38,697 bases of DNA. It comes from an uncultured bacterium (GTDB lineage: Bacteria > Latescibacterota > UBA2968). This document shows positions 26,082 through 38,697 of this stretch, piece after piece; the stretch's first letter is position 1; every line of letters starts with the position of its first letter. The notes below the pieces were generated by a model, which saw only the letters and a list, made by a program, of their open reading frames with translations, did not search any database and had not been told where the DNA came from. The stretch is from the NCBI GenBank assembly GCA_964471275.1, contig CAYYGZ010000010.1, positions 1-38,697 of the forward strand, in the 5' to 3' direction. The position numbers and the translations under genes were made by a program.

Positions 26082-26771
26082 CTACGGTGAACCGACGCGA
26101 CGAAGCCGGCCGACTCGTCTTCTCATCAGGAGAAACCCGATCACAAAGCCTCCGATGTGCGCATACCAGGCAACGCCGCCGCCCATCCCGCCCTGATCCA
26201 TCCACGCATTCAGGAGCTGCACCGAAAACCACATCCCGAGGACCAGAACCGCCGGCACCCGGATGATCTGGATAAAGAAGAAGATGGGAACAAGCACGTG
26301 TATGCGAGCCCCGGGAAAGGCGGCCAGATACGCGCCCAGCACGCCGGCGACCGCACCGCTTGCCCCTACCAGAGGCAGCGTCGATTCCGGCCCTGTGGCG
26401 ACATGAGCCAGCGTAGCGGCAACACCGCAGAACAGGTAGAAGACCAGAAACCGACCGTGCCCCAGCACATCCTCGACGTTATTTCCGAAGATCCATAGGT
26501 AGAGCATGTTCCCGGCGATATGCAGCCAACCGCCGTGCATGAAGAGGGACGTGATCAGCGTTGCGTAGACGGGATACGGGGTCGGCGAGATCGCATCGAC
26601 ACCGTGCGTGAGCTCGAAGGGGATGGCTCCCCAGCTTGCCGTAAGGACGTCAAACCCTGTTGATCCCAGGAACTTCGCATAGAGAAACAGGAAGACATTC
26701 AGACCCAGAATCCCCACGGTCAGGACAGGCGCTCGTCTCGTGGGGTTGTCGTCACGGATCGGAATCAGCAA
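26082..26771 (-). CDS. Rhomboid intramembrane serine protease
   Basis: IPIRDDNP, FMHGGWLHIAGNM, GASG (catalytic Ser), WYAHIGG (catalytic His). Confidence 0.93.
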   Translation of the reverse strand: MLIPIRDDNPTRRAPVLTVGILGLNVFLFLYAKFLGSTGFDVLTASWGAIPFELTHGVDAISPTPYPVYATLITSLFMHGGWLHIAGNMLYLWIFGNNVEDVLGHGRFLVFYLFCGVAATLAHVATGPESTLPLVGASGAVAGVLGAYLAAFPGARIHVLVPIFFFIQIIRVPAVLVLGMWFSVQLLNAWMDQGGMGGGVAWYAHIGGFVIGFLLMRRRVGRLRRVGSP

Positions 26772-26834
26772 AATGTCTTCCTCGGAGAAGCGGTGAGTGT
26801 TCGAGGTTTGGACGTCTGGATCTCGTCCGAGGAT

Positions 26835-29078
26835 TCATTCAGTCACGACAAAAGTGCTGATGGCGATCGTCTCGTTCCCGCAGGTATCGCGAACCCGAAC
26901 TTCGAGCCGGTGGTCGCCCGGGGAGAGCGGATAGCGCAGGATACCTTCCGCGATATCCTCCTCCGGATCATAGGCGAAGATCATCGTTTCACCATCCATC
27001 TCGAATGAGATAAGTGTCTCCATCGGGATACCCGACAGGCTGTCCCTCATCACCACCTCGATCTTCGGCCGCTGCACGGTCCGGGTTCCATCACCGGGAC
27101 TCCTGATCTCGACATCCGGCGCGATGTCGTCTCTGAGCAACCCATACGTCGAGAAGTGTCGCACCCCTGCCCACACGGTGTTCCGGGTGCTGTCCACATC
27201 GTTCCACACAAAAGACCAACCCCTGCCAGTCAGTTCGTAGACACCGAGTCGCGATCGATCCTCACCTTCGGGCACTTTGAAATGCACCTGCACCATGTTC
27301 CGGAAGGGAATGACACCCGGATCGAACCGATAGGCACTCCCGACAAGCAGGGCATCGTCGGCAGGCAGATCGGCTCTGGTAATGCGTCCGGAAAACCCGT
27401 GATAGATCGAGGCCGCCGGAAACACGGCAAAGGCCGCCCCGTCACGAGAGCTGATTTGACCGCCTGTCGGTCGTATGGGCGCCGTCTCCAGCACAAGAAC
27501 GGTGTCGATTGTCTGGCCCTCATGATCATCCACCCGGACAGTGACACGGGATTCACCCACCGATTCCGGGATGACTCCCTCGAAGTGCCGCGGCGACAGG
27601 GCGATCAAACCGACGGGCCCCGAAGGCTGATGCGTGACCGTGGGAAGGCTTCGAAGCGGTTGGCTCACACGGACGGACAGAACAGATCGACCTTCATACA
27701 TCACATTCGTCACATCGAGTGTGATGGGCGCGTCCGACGCGACACGGCCTGCAGCGCAGATGGCCGCCGGACCATCCTCGAACCTGAGTCGATAGAACGA
27801 GCCCAATGACTCGGCGACCGGGATAGAGAAACGGGCGCCCTTGATACGCGCCGTCTTGATCCACTGCCAGGTGCGTCCGTCCGGAGAGGATTCGACGATC
27901 AAGGACCTGGGCTCCCCAACGACCCGGCTGATGTGACCGCCCAGGACGCGGGCGTTCCCGACATCTTTGACTTCCGCACCAAGAAACGCGACGGGTTCGC
28001 GAACCGTCAGATCGACGATCCCCTCTGCTCGATTCCCTTCGGCATCTTCAGCCGTGATACGAAGTGTGTATGCCTCCTGTTCCAGAACCGTGCCAGGGGC
28101 ACGCGAGTCGATCCCCGCCAGAATCACACCGGATCCGACACCTCTCCCTCCATACAGCGGCAGCGTATTTCCACGTTCGATATACAGATTGTGGAACCCC
28201 TTCCGGCCATTCCGGTTCAGGAAAAAGCTTCTGTCCAGATCGACCTCGTAGACCTGATCGTAGCTGAACGAATCGTAGACGGTCCGCAAGACGGCGGTAT
28301 CATTGATGGCCAGCGTCAGACGGTAGGGAGCGAGCTTGTTCGTCAGAACAGAGGCGTCTGCTCGATCGAACACCTTGATCGCAACGCCAACGCGTCCCCA
28401 GACGGACACAGGACTGCCCACAAAGCCCTTACCCTCAGCCCAGACCATCGTCCGGTATGCGGGCACGTTCCGTCCATCGACGCGCGCCTCGGCATCCAGC
28501 GGAATAAACGCTGTCTCGACAAGAGTCGGTTCGGTCGTGTCCTTGACGCCAAAGCCGTTGAGCAACGGGTTCAGCGGGCGCTGCTGACCGTCTCGAATCT
28601 CGAAATGGAGATGAGGGAAGCCCGAGCCCGTGCTTCCGGTGAAAGCGATCCGGTCACCACGCGTGACCGGGATCTCGCCCGGAGGAAAGTAGAGATTCAC
28701 GCTGTAGGCACCACGCCGATCCTGTTCAGCAGCGACAACCGACTCGATACGATCCACAAAACCTGAAAGATGGGCGTAGACCGCCGTGCGTCCGTCGACC
28801 AGTTTCAGGTAAACCGCCTTCCCGTATCCCCAGGGGGACGTCCTGACTCGCCAGACATACCCGTCCGCGACCGAGACGCACGCGTAACCCTCCTTACCCC
28901 AGGTCTTCACATCTAGACCAGCGTGAAACCGGCCCGACCGGTATTCGGCGTAGGTGGACGTCAGAGCGGGAGGCGCGTCGAGCGGCCACAGATAGCTCTC
29001 CGGAGTCACTTGCCCACTCAGGACCGCGAGCGCGGCACACCACAAGAATATGGACTGGAGATTCATCCTAAGGCGCAA
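26835..29078 (-). CDS. Exported M23-family metallopeptidase with long C-terminal beta-rich region
   Basis: Signal peptide; EYRSGRFHAGLD (HxxxD), GYGK, YAHL, GSTG...PHLHFEIR (HxH); start may be 29066. Confidence 0.88.
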   Translation of the reverse strand: MRLRMNLQSIFLWCAALAVLSGQVTPESYLWPLDAPPALTSTYAEYRSGRFHAGLDVKTWGKEGYACVSVADGYVWRVRTSPWGYGKAVYLKLVDGRTAVYAHLSGFVDRIESVVAAEQDRRGAYSVNLYFPPGEIPVTRGDRIAFTGSTGSGFPHLHFEIRDGQQRPLNPLLNGFGVKDTTEPTLVETAFIPLDAEARVDGRNVPAYRTMVWAEGKGFVGSPVSVWGRVGVAIKVFDRADASVLTNKLAPYRLTLAINDTAVLRTVYDSFSYDQVYEVDLDRSFFLNRNGRKGFHNLYIERGNTLPLYGGRGVGSGVILAGIDSRAPGTVLEQEAYTLRITAEDAEGNRAEGIVDLTVREPVAFLGAEVKDVGNARVLGGHISRVVGEPRSLIVESSPDGRTWQWIKTARIKGARFSIPVAESLGSFYRLRFEDGPAAICAAGRVASDAPITLDVTNVMYEGRSVLSVRVSQPLRSLPTVTHQPSGPVGLIALSPRHFEGVIPESVGESRVTVRVDDHEGQTIDTVLVLETAPIRPTGGQISSRDGAAFAVFPAASIYHGFSGRITRADLPADDALLVGSAYRFDPGVIPFRNMVQVHFKVPEGEDRSRLGVYELTGRGWSFVWNDVDSTRNTVWAGVRHFSTYGLLRDDIAPDVEIRSPGDGTRTVQRPKIEVVMRDSLSGIPMETLISFEMDGETMIFAYDPEEDIAEGILRYPLSPGDHRLEVRVRDTCGNETIAISTFVVTE

Positions 29079-29397
29079 TAATTAAATAGCCTATCAACTT
29101 CGTCGACCGAAAGCCCGTCAAGGCCGGAAGAACGTGTGGATATAGCTTGTTGCTGAATTGCCCAAAAGAGCCCTAACCTATTGAACAACAATCACTTATT
29201 CCTTTCTGCAGTATAGGCCGTTTGCACATGGGCGTCAAGAACGGCTGCCCGCAGGACATCCCGTCAGGCCAGAAAGTCCTTGCCGGGCACATTGCGGTTC
29301 TATAGATTTGAAAATCAACGAGTTGAGCGATTTTTTGTGCCCGGGCATGGTCGAATTGCGCTCGGGTTTTTCTCTCTCGAAAGGAAGCAGAACCGCC

Positions 29398-31221
29398 ATG
29401 CTGGCATCCCTCCGAAGTGCGATGTTCGTAAAGATTATGATGGTCATCGTTGCGGCAGCCTTTGTCGGTCTGATCGTCCTTGAATGGGGCGCCGACTACA
29501 GCAGTACGAGTCGTGGTGCGACCAACCTCGTCGGTGTAATCAACGGGAACGAGGTAACCTACGAGATTTTCGATCAGCAGTTGCGGGACGCTTACCGTAT
29601 CGAGAAGAACCGCGGCGTAGAAGATCCCGACGTCGGCAAACTCGTCCAGCAGGAATGGGATCGCTTGATCACGCAGACCATCGTCTCGCAGCAGATCGAG
29701 AACTTTCAGATCCAGGTATCCGATCAGGAAATCGATTTATTCAACCGGAACAACCCACCGGCTGAGATTCAGAGTATCGAATTCTTCCAGACGGAAGGCA
29801 AGTTCGACCTCTCGAAATACCAGCTCTTCCTGGACACACCTTCGACATACTCAGACCCCAACAACAGGAATATCGTCCTCTACGCCGAGAACCGTGCGAG
29901 GGAACAGCTGCTGTCCGGGAAGCTTCAGGATCTCGTTGCAGGCAGCGTGAAGATCACCGAAGCCGAGGTTCGGAAGGCGTTTGAAGATAAGAAATCACAG
30001 GTAAAAGTGGTCTACGCCGGGATCGAAGCGGGTCGCATCGCTGACTCTCTCGTGACGGTAGAAGACACCCAGCTGACGGAATACTACAACGGACACAGCG
30101 GTGACTTCGAGCAGGCCCACGCCATCCGGGCATCCTTCGTGACGTTCCAGAAGACCGCGTCCGCGCGGGACGAGGAAAATGTCCGTGAAGAGATCAATCG
30201 AGTACGGCTGGAGATCGAAAAAGGTGGCGACTTCGCGGAGCTGGCCAAAGAGTACTCAGACGACCCCGGCAGTGCACGAAATGGGGGAGATCTTGGATTC
30301 TTCGGCCGCGGCCAGATGGTCAAGGCTTTCGAGGATACAGCCTACACCCTCGCCCCCGGATCCATGTCTCAACCGTTCAAGACACAGTTTGGCTGGCACA
30401 TCCTGAAGGTCGATGACAAGCAGGCCGAGGGAGATTCACTGAAGATTAAAGCACGTCACATCCTGCTGAAGATCGCGCCGGGTCGTGATACGCTCGACAG
30501 CCTCCGTGTCGTCGCCGATGACTTCACCGAGCGCGCACGGAAATCTGGATTCGACGTCGCAGCCTCGACTCTCGGATTCCAGACCAGTGATACGGGCTTC
30601 ATCACGGCGGGAGCTTTCTTCCCACTGCTCGGAAACAAGACATCCGGGTTGGTGAATGCCTTCCTGGCAAACAAGCCGGGGTCCGTATCCCCGACCTTCG
30701 AGTCCGATCGTGGGATCTATGTGTTTGTCCTGACCGACAAACGTGAGGCGGGAACACAACCTCTCGATGAAGTGAAGAACCAGGTCGCCGGCCGGGTTCG
30801 ACAACAGTTGAAACGTAAGATTGCCGAACAGCGCGTCAGTTCCATCCTGTCCGATGTCCAGGCAGGCACCTCCCTCGAAACGGCTGCCCAGAAGCAGGGC
30901 CTGCGCTACGCTAAACCCGAACCGTTCGCCAAGGCTGACTTTGTCCCTACCGTGGGGAGTCGAAACGGCTTCGTCGGAACAGCTTTCGACCTCGCGCCGG
31001 GTGAAACGAGCGAAGTCATCGCCACACGTAACGGGGCATATGTTCTGAAAGTCGTGGAGCGGATTCCGGCGCAGGAAGCGGACTTCGACCTCGAGAAAGC
31101 TGCTCTCTCGAGTCAGCTGCTGAGCACAAAGCGGAATGACCTGCTCTCCGTCTGGTTCACCGACCTCAGAGATCAGGCCGAGATCATCGACAACCGACAC
31201 AACTTCTATACAGAGTTTTAA
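29398..31221 (+). CDS. SurA/PpiD-like membrane-anchored parvulin peptidyl-prolyl isomerase
   Basis: N-terminal TM anchor, SurA_N-like region, FAELAKEYSDDPGSARNGGDLGFF..GQMV..FE, TQFGWHI. Confidence 0.9.
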   Translation: MLASLRSAMFVKIMMVIVAAAFVGLIVLEWGADYSSTSRGATNLVGVINGNEVTYEIFDQQLRDAYRIEKNRGVEDPDVGKLVQQEWDRLITQTIVSQQIENFQIQVSDQEIDLFNRNNPPAEIQSIEFFQTEGKFDLSKYQLFLDTPSTYSDPNNRNIVLYAENRAREQLLSGKLQDLVAGSVKITEAEVRKAFEDKKSQVKVVYAGIEAGRIADSLVTVEDTQLTEYYNGHSGDFEQAHAIRASFVTFQKTASARDEENVREEINRVRLEIEKGGDFAELAKEYSDDPGSARNGGDLGFFGRGQMVKAFEDTAYTLAPGSMSQPFKTQFGWHILKVDDKQAEGDSLKIKARHILLKIAPGRDTLDSLRVVADDFTERARKSGFDVAASTLGFQTSDTGFITAGAFFPLLGNKTSGLVNAFLANKPGSVSPTFESDRGIYVFVLTDKREAGTQPLDEVKNQVAGRVRQQLKRKIAEQRVSSILSDVQAGTSLETAAQKQGLRYAKPEPFAKADFVPTVGSRNGFVGTAFDLAPGETSEVIATRNGAYVLKVVERIPAQEADFDLEKAALSSQLLSTKRNDLLSVWFTDLRDQAEIIDNRHNFYTEF

Positions 31222-31261
31222 CCCGGCATCACGAAACGCCTGGCTGCTCGTACGATTCGTC

Positions 31262-31308
31262 CGGCACTCCGGAGCCTCTTTGCTTGGCGACGGAGTGCCG
31301 CCTTTTTA
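31262..31308 (+). terminator. Terminator-like hairpin after the foldase gene
   Basis: CGGCACTCCG / CGGAGTGCCG then CCTTTTTA. Confidence 0.65.
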
Positions 31309-31379
31309 TCGGGTCTCCCCTTCGATCCTGAAGGCATACCCCATCTGAAAATCTGCAGGGCAATTTCCGGAGGCAGACT

Positions 31380-33137
31380 GTGCATCAGGATCACCTGAGA
31401 ATAGCGCTCGCCCAGTACAATTTCGCTGTCGGCGACATCGACGCGAATCGTGATCGCATGATTGATGCGATCGATCGGGCTCGCACGGCCGGGGCTTCCG
31501 TCATCGCCTTCCCTGAACTCGCACTCACCGGGTATCCTCCCGAAGACCTGCTCTTCAAGCCCAGATTTATCGATGCAAACCTCCGCGCCCTGGACACGAT
31601 CGTCGGCTCGAGCGCCGGCATCACGGCGATTGTCGGATTCGTCGATCGACAGGCGGACATCTACAATGCCGCTGCGATCGTGTCGGACGGTGAACTGGCA
31701 GGCGTATGCCACAAGCAGTTCCTCCCGAACTATGGGGTCTTTGACGAAGAGCGGTACTTCCAATCCGGGGTCGATACACCCGTCTTCCGGCTTCACGACG
31801 TCAACCTGGGCGTCAACATCTGCGAGGACATCTGGTATCCCGGAGGTCCGGCGAGAGAACAGGCGCTGAGAGGCGATGCGGACGTTATCGTGAACATCTC
31901 CTCTTCGCCCTTCCACGACGGCAAGGGATTGCGTAGGGATCAGATGATCGCCACGCGTGCTGCAGATCACGGCGTCATACTCGCCTTCTGTAACCTGGTT
32001 GGCGGGCAGGACGAGCTTGTATTCGACGGGGGCAGCCTCGTCGTCGACCAGACAGGATCGGTCGTCGCCCAGGCGTGTCGCTTCGACGAACAGATGCTGA
32101 TTGCCGATGTAGATATCGAGTCTGTCTTCAGGCACCGACTCCAGGATCCGCGTAGACGCAAGGAAAAGAGCACCGCGGGGGCACCGATCCCACCGATCAC
32201 GCTGGTAGCGAAACGACCCAAAGCCAATCCCGACACCGACACCGACAACATCGCACCACCGAGTCCTCCAGAGCACCATCCGGATGACCGTCTGCGCGAC
32301 ATCTATCAAGCACTTGTCATCGGCACACGGGACTATGTGCGTAAGAATGGTTTCGGAAAGGTCCTTGTGGGACTGTCGGGAGGGGTCGACTCGGCCCTTG
32401 TCGCGGCCATCGCCTTCGACGCTCTCGGCGCCGAAAGCGTTGGGCTGGTCACCATGCCTTCCCGCTTCTCTTCGGATGGGACGAAATCCGATGCGCAGGA
32501 AATGGCAGAAAACCTCGGCATCGATCTGCTCACGCTACCCATTCAAGCGATCTTCGAGACATATCTATCCGAACTCTCCGACGAGTTCGAAGGCAAACCG
32601 TTCGACACCGCCGAGGAAAACATCCAGCCCAGAATCAGGGGCAACCTCCTGATGGCATTGTGTAACAAGTTCGGCTGGCTCGTCCTGACGACAGGGAACA
32701 AGAGCGAGATGAGCATGGGCTATGCAACGCTCTACGGAGATATGGCCGGGGGATATGCGGTCATCAAGGACATCTACAAGACCCTCGTCTACGACCTGTG
32801 TGATTACCGAAACTGCCAGGACGATGGTCCCGTCATCCCGGAATCGATCATCACGCGTCCCCCGACAGCAGAACTTCGGGAGGATCAGCTGGACACGGAC
32901 AGCCTGCCGCCCTACGACATCCTCGACCCGATTCTGCAGGCCTATGTCGAAGAAGACAAGAGCCTGAAGGAGATCGTGGGACTCGAGTTCGACGAGAAGC
33001 TCGTTGCCCGAGTCATGCGATCGGTCGACCTGAACGAGTACAAGCGCAGACAATCCCCTCCGGGCGTCAAGATCACGCCTCGTGCCTTTGGACGTGATCG
33101 CCGTTTGCCGATCACAAACCGTTGCCGGGAATACTAG
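31380..33137 (+). CDS. nadE: Glutamine-dependent NAD+ synthetase
   Basis: Nitrilase domain FPEL..TGYPPED, K..LPNYGVFDE, ICEDIW; synthetase domain GLSGGVDS, TTGNKSE, YATLYGD, PPTAEL, NEYKRRQ. Confidence 0.96.
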   Translation: MHQDHLRIALAQYNFAVGDIDANRDRMIDAIDRARTAGASVIAFPELALTGYPPEDLLFKPRFIDANLRALDTIVGSSAGITAIVGFVDRQADIYNAAAIVSDGELAGVCHKQFLPNYGVFDEERYFQSGVDTPVFRLHDVNLGVNICEDIWYPGGPAREQALRGDADVIVNISSSPFHDGKGLRRDQMIATRAADHGVILAFCNLVGGQDELVFDGGSLVVDQTGSVVAQACRFDEQMLIADVDIESVFRHRLQDPRRRKEKSTAGAPIPPITLVAKRPKANPDTDTDNIAPPSPPEHHPDDRLRDIYQALVIGTRDYVRKNGFGKVLVGLSGGVDSALVAAIAFDALGAESVGLVTMPSRFSSDGTKSDAQEMAENLGIDLLTLPIQAIFETYLSELSDEFEGKPFDTAEENIQPRIRGNLLMALCNKFGWLVLTTGNKSEMSMGYATLYGDMAGGYAVIKDIYKTLVYDLCDYRNCQDDGPVIPESIITRPPTAELREDQLDTDSLPPYDILDPILQAYVEEDKSLKEIVGLEFDEKLVARVMRSVDLNEYKRRQSPPGVKITPRAFGRDRRLPITNRCREY

Positions 33138-33444
33138 GAGTGGACGTGTGGGCCGCCTGCGGCCCGATCAACGGCCCGCAAACCGACAAACGCATCACCG
33201 TTCCCCCGGAGTGACGTCGTGACCCAATAGATCCCGCATCGCCTGATACCCCAGCGAATGTACACGTCGTATCGAAGGGCGACCGGCACACGAGTCCGCG
33301 CCCTTCGATACGGCACGCCCTTTCAAGGCCTAAGCCACACCGACTGCTGATCAGCTGGGTGCCTACTCAGGGTGATCGGTTGCCGCATCCGCAACGAAGA
33401 ACGAACACAACTTCTGATGTGTCCGCAATACTTGACCGCATATA

Positions 33445-33480
33445 GAACGCCCCCTCCGTCATCAACGAAGGGGGCGGTTC
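33445..33480 (-). terminator. Hairpin downstream of atpC, probable atp operon terminator
   Basis: CGCCCCCT / AGGGGGCG stem extended by GAAC/GTTC; weak U-tract. Confidence 0.6.
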
Positions 33481-33504
33481 TCAAGATGCAATCGAAACGT
33501 TGTA

Positions 33505-33906
33505 TCAGCCAGCGACCTGCAACCGGTTCAGCGCGCGATGCAGGGAGGCCTCGGCACGAGCTGTATCGACATCCGGGTCGCGTCGGGAGCGAAGGCGGTC
33601 CTTCGCCCGGTCGCGTGCCGCAGATGCTCGAGCGGGGTCGATCGTCCCGGCAAGCTCGGCCGTTTCTACCAGAACAGTCATCCGATCTCTCAACACCTCG
33701 GCAAAGCCCCCGCTGACGGCGGCGAGTTCTTCCCCCCCGCCCTCCTCGCGGAAATGCAGGGACCCGACGCCCAGTGCCGATACCATCGGGTGATGGCCGG
33801 ACAGAACACCAAACCCTCCGTCGATGCCCGGTGCGCGAACGTGTTCGACGGTGCCCGAATACAGGGTTTTTTCAGGCGTTACGATTTCCAGTTCGAAAGT
33901 GGCCAT
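33505..33906 (-). CDS. atpC: F1 ATP synthase epsilon subunit
   Basis: LEIVTPE, PG.DG.FGVL.GH, VSGGFAEV, C-terminal helical hairpin. Confidence 0.96.
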   Translation of the reverse strand: MATFELEIVTPEKTLYSGTVEHVRAPGIDGGFGVLSGHHPMVSALGVGSLHFREEGGGEELAAVSGGFAEVLRDRMTVLVETAELAGTIDPARASAARDRAKDRLRSRRDPDVDTARAEASLHRALNRLQVAG

Positions 33907-33907
33907 C

Positions 33908-36233
<2,326 letters not shown>

Positions 36234-36248
36234 ACGTCCGTCTCCCGG

Positions 36249-37769
36249 TTATTCGGAGGCCGTGAAACCGGCCTTGAAGGTTCCAATAATACCTGTCAAC
36301 TTTTCAGCCAGCTCGTCACTGAGCTCACCGGACTCGCTGATCTTCTGGATGACATCCGGATGGCCGTCCCGGACATACGCCAGGAGCTCACTCTCGAAAC
36401 GCTGCACATCGGATGTCTGAATATCTTCGATCTGGCTGATCGTGTAGAGTGACACGACCTGCTCGCCCAGAGTCAGCGGACTGAACTGCGCCTGCTTCAG
36501 CAGCTCGGTCAGCTTTTCGCCCTGGTTCAGCAGGACCCGGGTCGCCTGATCGAGACCTTCCGTCCCAAACTGGGCGAATGCCTTGACGTCATTGTATCGA
36601 GAAAGATCACCCTTGAGCGTCCCTGAGACGGCGCGCATCGCCTTCGACTTGGCCGAACTCACGCGGGATACGGATGCACCCACGTCCATGGCCGGTCGGA
36701 TACCCGCGTAGAAGAGCTCGGGTTTCAGGAGAATCTGCCCGTCCGTAATCGAGATTACGTTTGTCGGAACAAAGGTCGAAACATCGCCTTCCAGAATCTC
36801 GATCACGGGAAGGGCCGTCAGAGACCCGCCACCGAGCGCGTCGCTCATCTTGGCGGCGCGTTCAAGCAACCGGGAGTGAAGATAGAAGACGTCACCCGGA
36901 TACGCTTCGCGGCCCGGCGGGCGACGGAGCACCAGCGACATCTCTCGATATGCCCACGCCTGCTTCGACAGATCATCATACACGATCAGTGCGTGCTCGC
37001 CCTTGTCCCGGAAGTACTCACCCATCGAACACCCGGCGTAGGGCGCAAGGAATTGCAGCGGCGCGGGCTCACTCGCCGTGGCGGATACCACGATGGTGTA
37101 TTCCAGCGCACCGGCCTGTTCCAGTTCCGATACCACCTTCGCCACGGTCGATGCCTTCTGACCGATCGCAACGTAGATGCACTTGATCCCGGATTCTTTC
37201 TGGTTGATGATCGTATCGAGTGCGATGGCCGTCTTGCCCGTCTGGCGATCACCGATGATCAGCTCACGCTGACCTCGTCCGATCGGCACCGTTGAGTCGA
37301 CGACCTTGATGCCCGTTGCCATCGACTGTCGCACCTCTTGACGATCGATAACACCGGGGGCAATACGTTCGATCGGCAAGGTCTGATCGGTTGCGATCGG
37401 CCCCTTACCATCGATCGGTTGACCCAGCGGGTTGACCACTCTTCCCAGAAGCGCCTCACCAACGGGCACCTCCACGATGCGTCCAGTCCGCTTGACCGTG
37501 TCGCCCTCACGAATCTGGGTATCATCACCAAAGAGCACACACCCGACGTTGTCTTCCTCGAGGTTGAGCGCCATGCCCATGATGTCGTTCGGGAAAGCGA
37601 CCAGCTCACTCGCCTGGACGTTCGCCAGACCGTGAACGCGAGCGACACCGTCACCCACCTGGATCACCCTGCCCGTCTCGTAGACATCGACATCGCGTGT
37701 CGACTCGAGGATCTGCTGCTTCAGTATCTCCGAGATCTCATCGGGTCGAATCTGCAAATTTGTCGCCAT
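36249..37769 (-). CDS. atpA: F1 ATP synthase alpha subunit
   Basis: [43 protein letters not shown]. Confidence 0.98.
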   Translation of the reverse strand: MATNLQIRPDEISEILKQQILESTRDVDVYETGRVIQVGDGVARVHGLANVQASELVAFPNDIMGMALNLEEDNVGCVLFGDDTQIREGDTVKRTGRIVEVPVGEALLGRVVNPLGQPIDGKGPIATDQTLPIERIAPGVIDRQEVRQSMATGIKVVDSTVPIGRGQRELIIGDRQTGKTAIALDTIINQKESGIKCIYVAIGQKASTVAKVVSELEQAGALEYTIVVSATASEPAPLQFLAPYAGCSMGEYFRDKGEHALIVYDDLSKQAWAYREMSLVLRRPPGREAYPGDVFYLHSRLLERAAKMSDALGGGSLTALPVIEILEGDVSTFVPTNVISITDGQILLKPELFYAGIRPAMDVGASVSRVSSAKSKAMRAVSGTLKGDLSRYNDVKAFAQFGTEGLDQATRVLLNQGEKLTELLKQAQFSPLTLGEQVVSLYTISQIEDIQTSDVQRFESELLAYVRDGHPDVIQKISESGELSDELAEKLTGIIGTFKAGFTASE

Positions 37770-37794
37770 AGAGCCTTCTTACCTTGATGTTGGT

Positions 37795-38331
37795 TCAAGA
37801 GCCCGTTCGGAGCTCTCGGTGCAGTCGATTCAGCATGGATTCGACGGTACCGTCAAAAACCTGGTCACCCAGGCGCGCGATAAATCCAGCCTTGAGGTTC
37901 GGGTCTACTTCAGTCTCCAACCTCACCTCTCTTCCGGAGAAACGGGCAAGACGCTCAGTCAGCTGGTTTCTCTGACCGTCCGTCAGCTCCTGTGCGGAGC
38001 TTACCGAAGCCGTCACGATCCCGCGTTTCTCATCCATCAATGTAGCAAACGCATTCAGAATTTCCTCCAGCGAACGTTCACGCCGCTTTTCGCATAGGAG
38101 GAACAGGAAGTTCAGAACAACCTCGTGAACTTTGCCGGTCAGCAGCTCACGGAAAACGGCCTGTTTCTGGTTGGGCAAAGGAAATGGATCTTCGACAAAC
38201 CCTTTCAGGTCGTCCGACGACGCCATCAACTCGGCAAGCCCTTCCATATCTGAGGCGACCTGATCGAGTGCACCGCGATCCTCAGCGGCGTCCGCCAGGG
38301 CACCCGTGTATCTTTCGACAACTCCGCTCAC
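37795..38331 (-). CDS. atpH: F1 ATP synthase delta subunit
   Basis: RY..AL, NFL.LL.EK.R, VD..L..G...R.GD.V.DG; position between atpF and atpA. Confidence 0.93.
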   Translation of the reverse strand: MSGVVERYTGALADAAEDRGALDQVASDMEGLAELMASSDDLKGFVEDPFPLPNQKQAVFRELLTGKVHEVVLNFLFLLCEKRRERSLEEILNAFATLMDEKRGIVTASVSSAQELTDGQRNQLTERLARFSGREVRLETEVDPNLKAGFIARLGDQVFDGTVESMLNRLHRELRTGS

Positions 38332-38377
38332 ATCGAACTCCGTGTGTTAGTTTGCCGACCTTCCAGTCAGAATGCGT

Positions 38378-38697
38378 CTAGTTCGCTGGACTTTCCGGTA
38401 ATCGCGAGATCGTGTCATCCACGATCTGCCGACCCCGTCCCTCGTCGAGCTGATCCTCCAGAATCTTCCTTGCGGTCAGAATCGCGAGGTCTGCGACCTG
38501 GTTGCGCAATTCCTGAACAGCCTGATCGCGTTCCTGCTGAATCGTACGGCGGGCCTGCTCCAGCATCTGACCAGCCTCGCCCTCAGCCCGTTCACGAACC
38601 TCTTGGGCGACACGTTCAGCCAGATCGCGACCTTCCGATATGGCCTGACGTGCGTCCACCTGAGCCTGCTCCAGGGCCGCGCGATTTACTTCGCTCT
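38378..38697 (-). CDS. atpF: Fo ATP synthase b subunit (5' end outside the window)
   Basis: Coiled coil ...ARRTIQQERDQAVQELRNQVADLAI..A.KIL; frame appears open to the window edge; operon position. Confidence 0.9.
   Translation of the reverse strand, partial: SEVNRAALEQAQVDARQAISEGRDLAERVAQEVRERAEGEAGQMLEQARRTIQQERDQAVQELRNQVADLAILTARKILEDQLDEGRGRQIVDDTISRLPESPAN

Noticed and set aside
29113..29395. SRP-RNA-like fragments (CCGTCAGG, GGAAG, AGGAAGCAG)
   Set aside because: The pieces are dispersed and do not form the contiguous SRP domain IV hairpin
32232..32249. GACACC microrepeat in nadE
   Set aside because: Short in-frame repeat encoding DTDTDN in the interdomain linker; no sign of phase variation
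31218..32309. 363-aa ORF antisense to nadE (likewise 24158-25069, 30436-31200, 27933-28766)
   Set aside because: Largely or fully overlap well-supported genes on the other strand and lack family motifs

Overview
This is a GC-rich (about 60% by eye) bacterial chromosomal segment. A short sigma70 lacking region 1.1 and a DUF2723 protein suggest an FCB-group lineage such as Latescibacterota or Gemmatimonadota (inference only). It has four parts. (1) 191-10320 (-): a surface-polysaccharide cluster with an ArnT/PMT-like GT-C, Wzy/WaaL-like protein, GT2, DegT aminotransferase, an unusual WecA/MraY-methyltransferase fusion, Wzx flippase, GT4 and an NAD-dependent epimerase. (2) 10563-20444 (+), divergent from the first part: a PVM-like bacterial microcompartment (BMC) locus with PduL, 3 BMC-H, 3 BMC-P, acylating aldehyde dehydrogenase, class II aldolase and acetate kinase. 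Unexpectedly it also carries an AftB-like membrane glycosyltransferase between two shell genes, a secreted beta-propeller, a Cys4-tailed PduL and a shell protein with a Rho-N-like tail. No alcohol dehydrogenase, BMC-T or regulator is visible in the window. (3) 20815-33137: primary-type sigma factor with a long structured leader, small exported protein, PHP hydrolase, DUF2723, rhomboid, M23 peptidase, SurA/PpiD-like foldase and nadE. (4) 33505-38697 (-): atpF(partial)HAGDC, whose alpha, beta and gamma subunits deviate at normally near-invariant motifs. No tRNA, rRNA, CRISPR array or mobile element was recognised. All family calls come from motif recognition by eye, not database searches.
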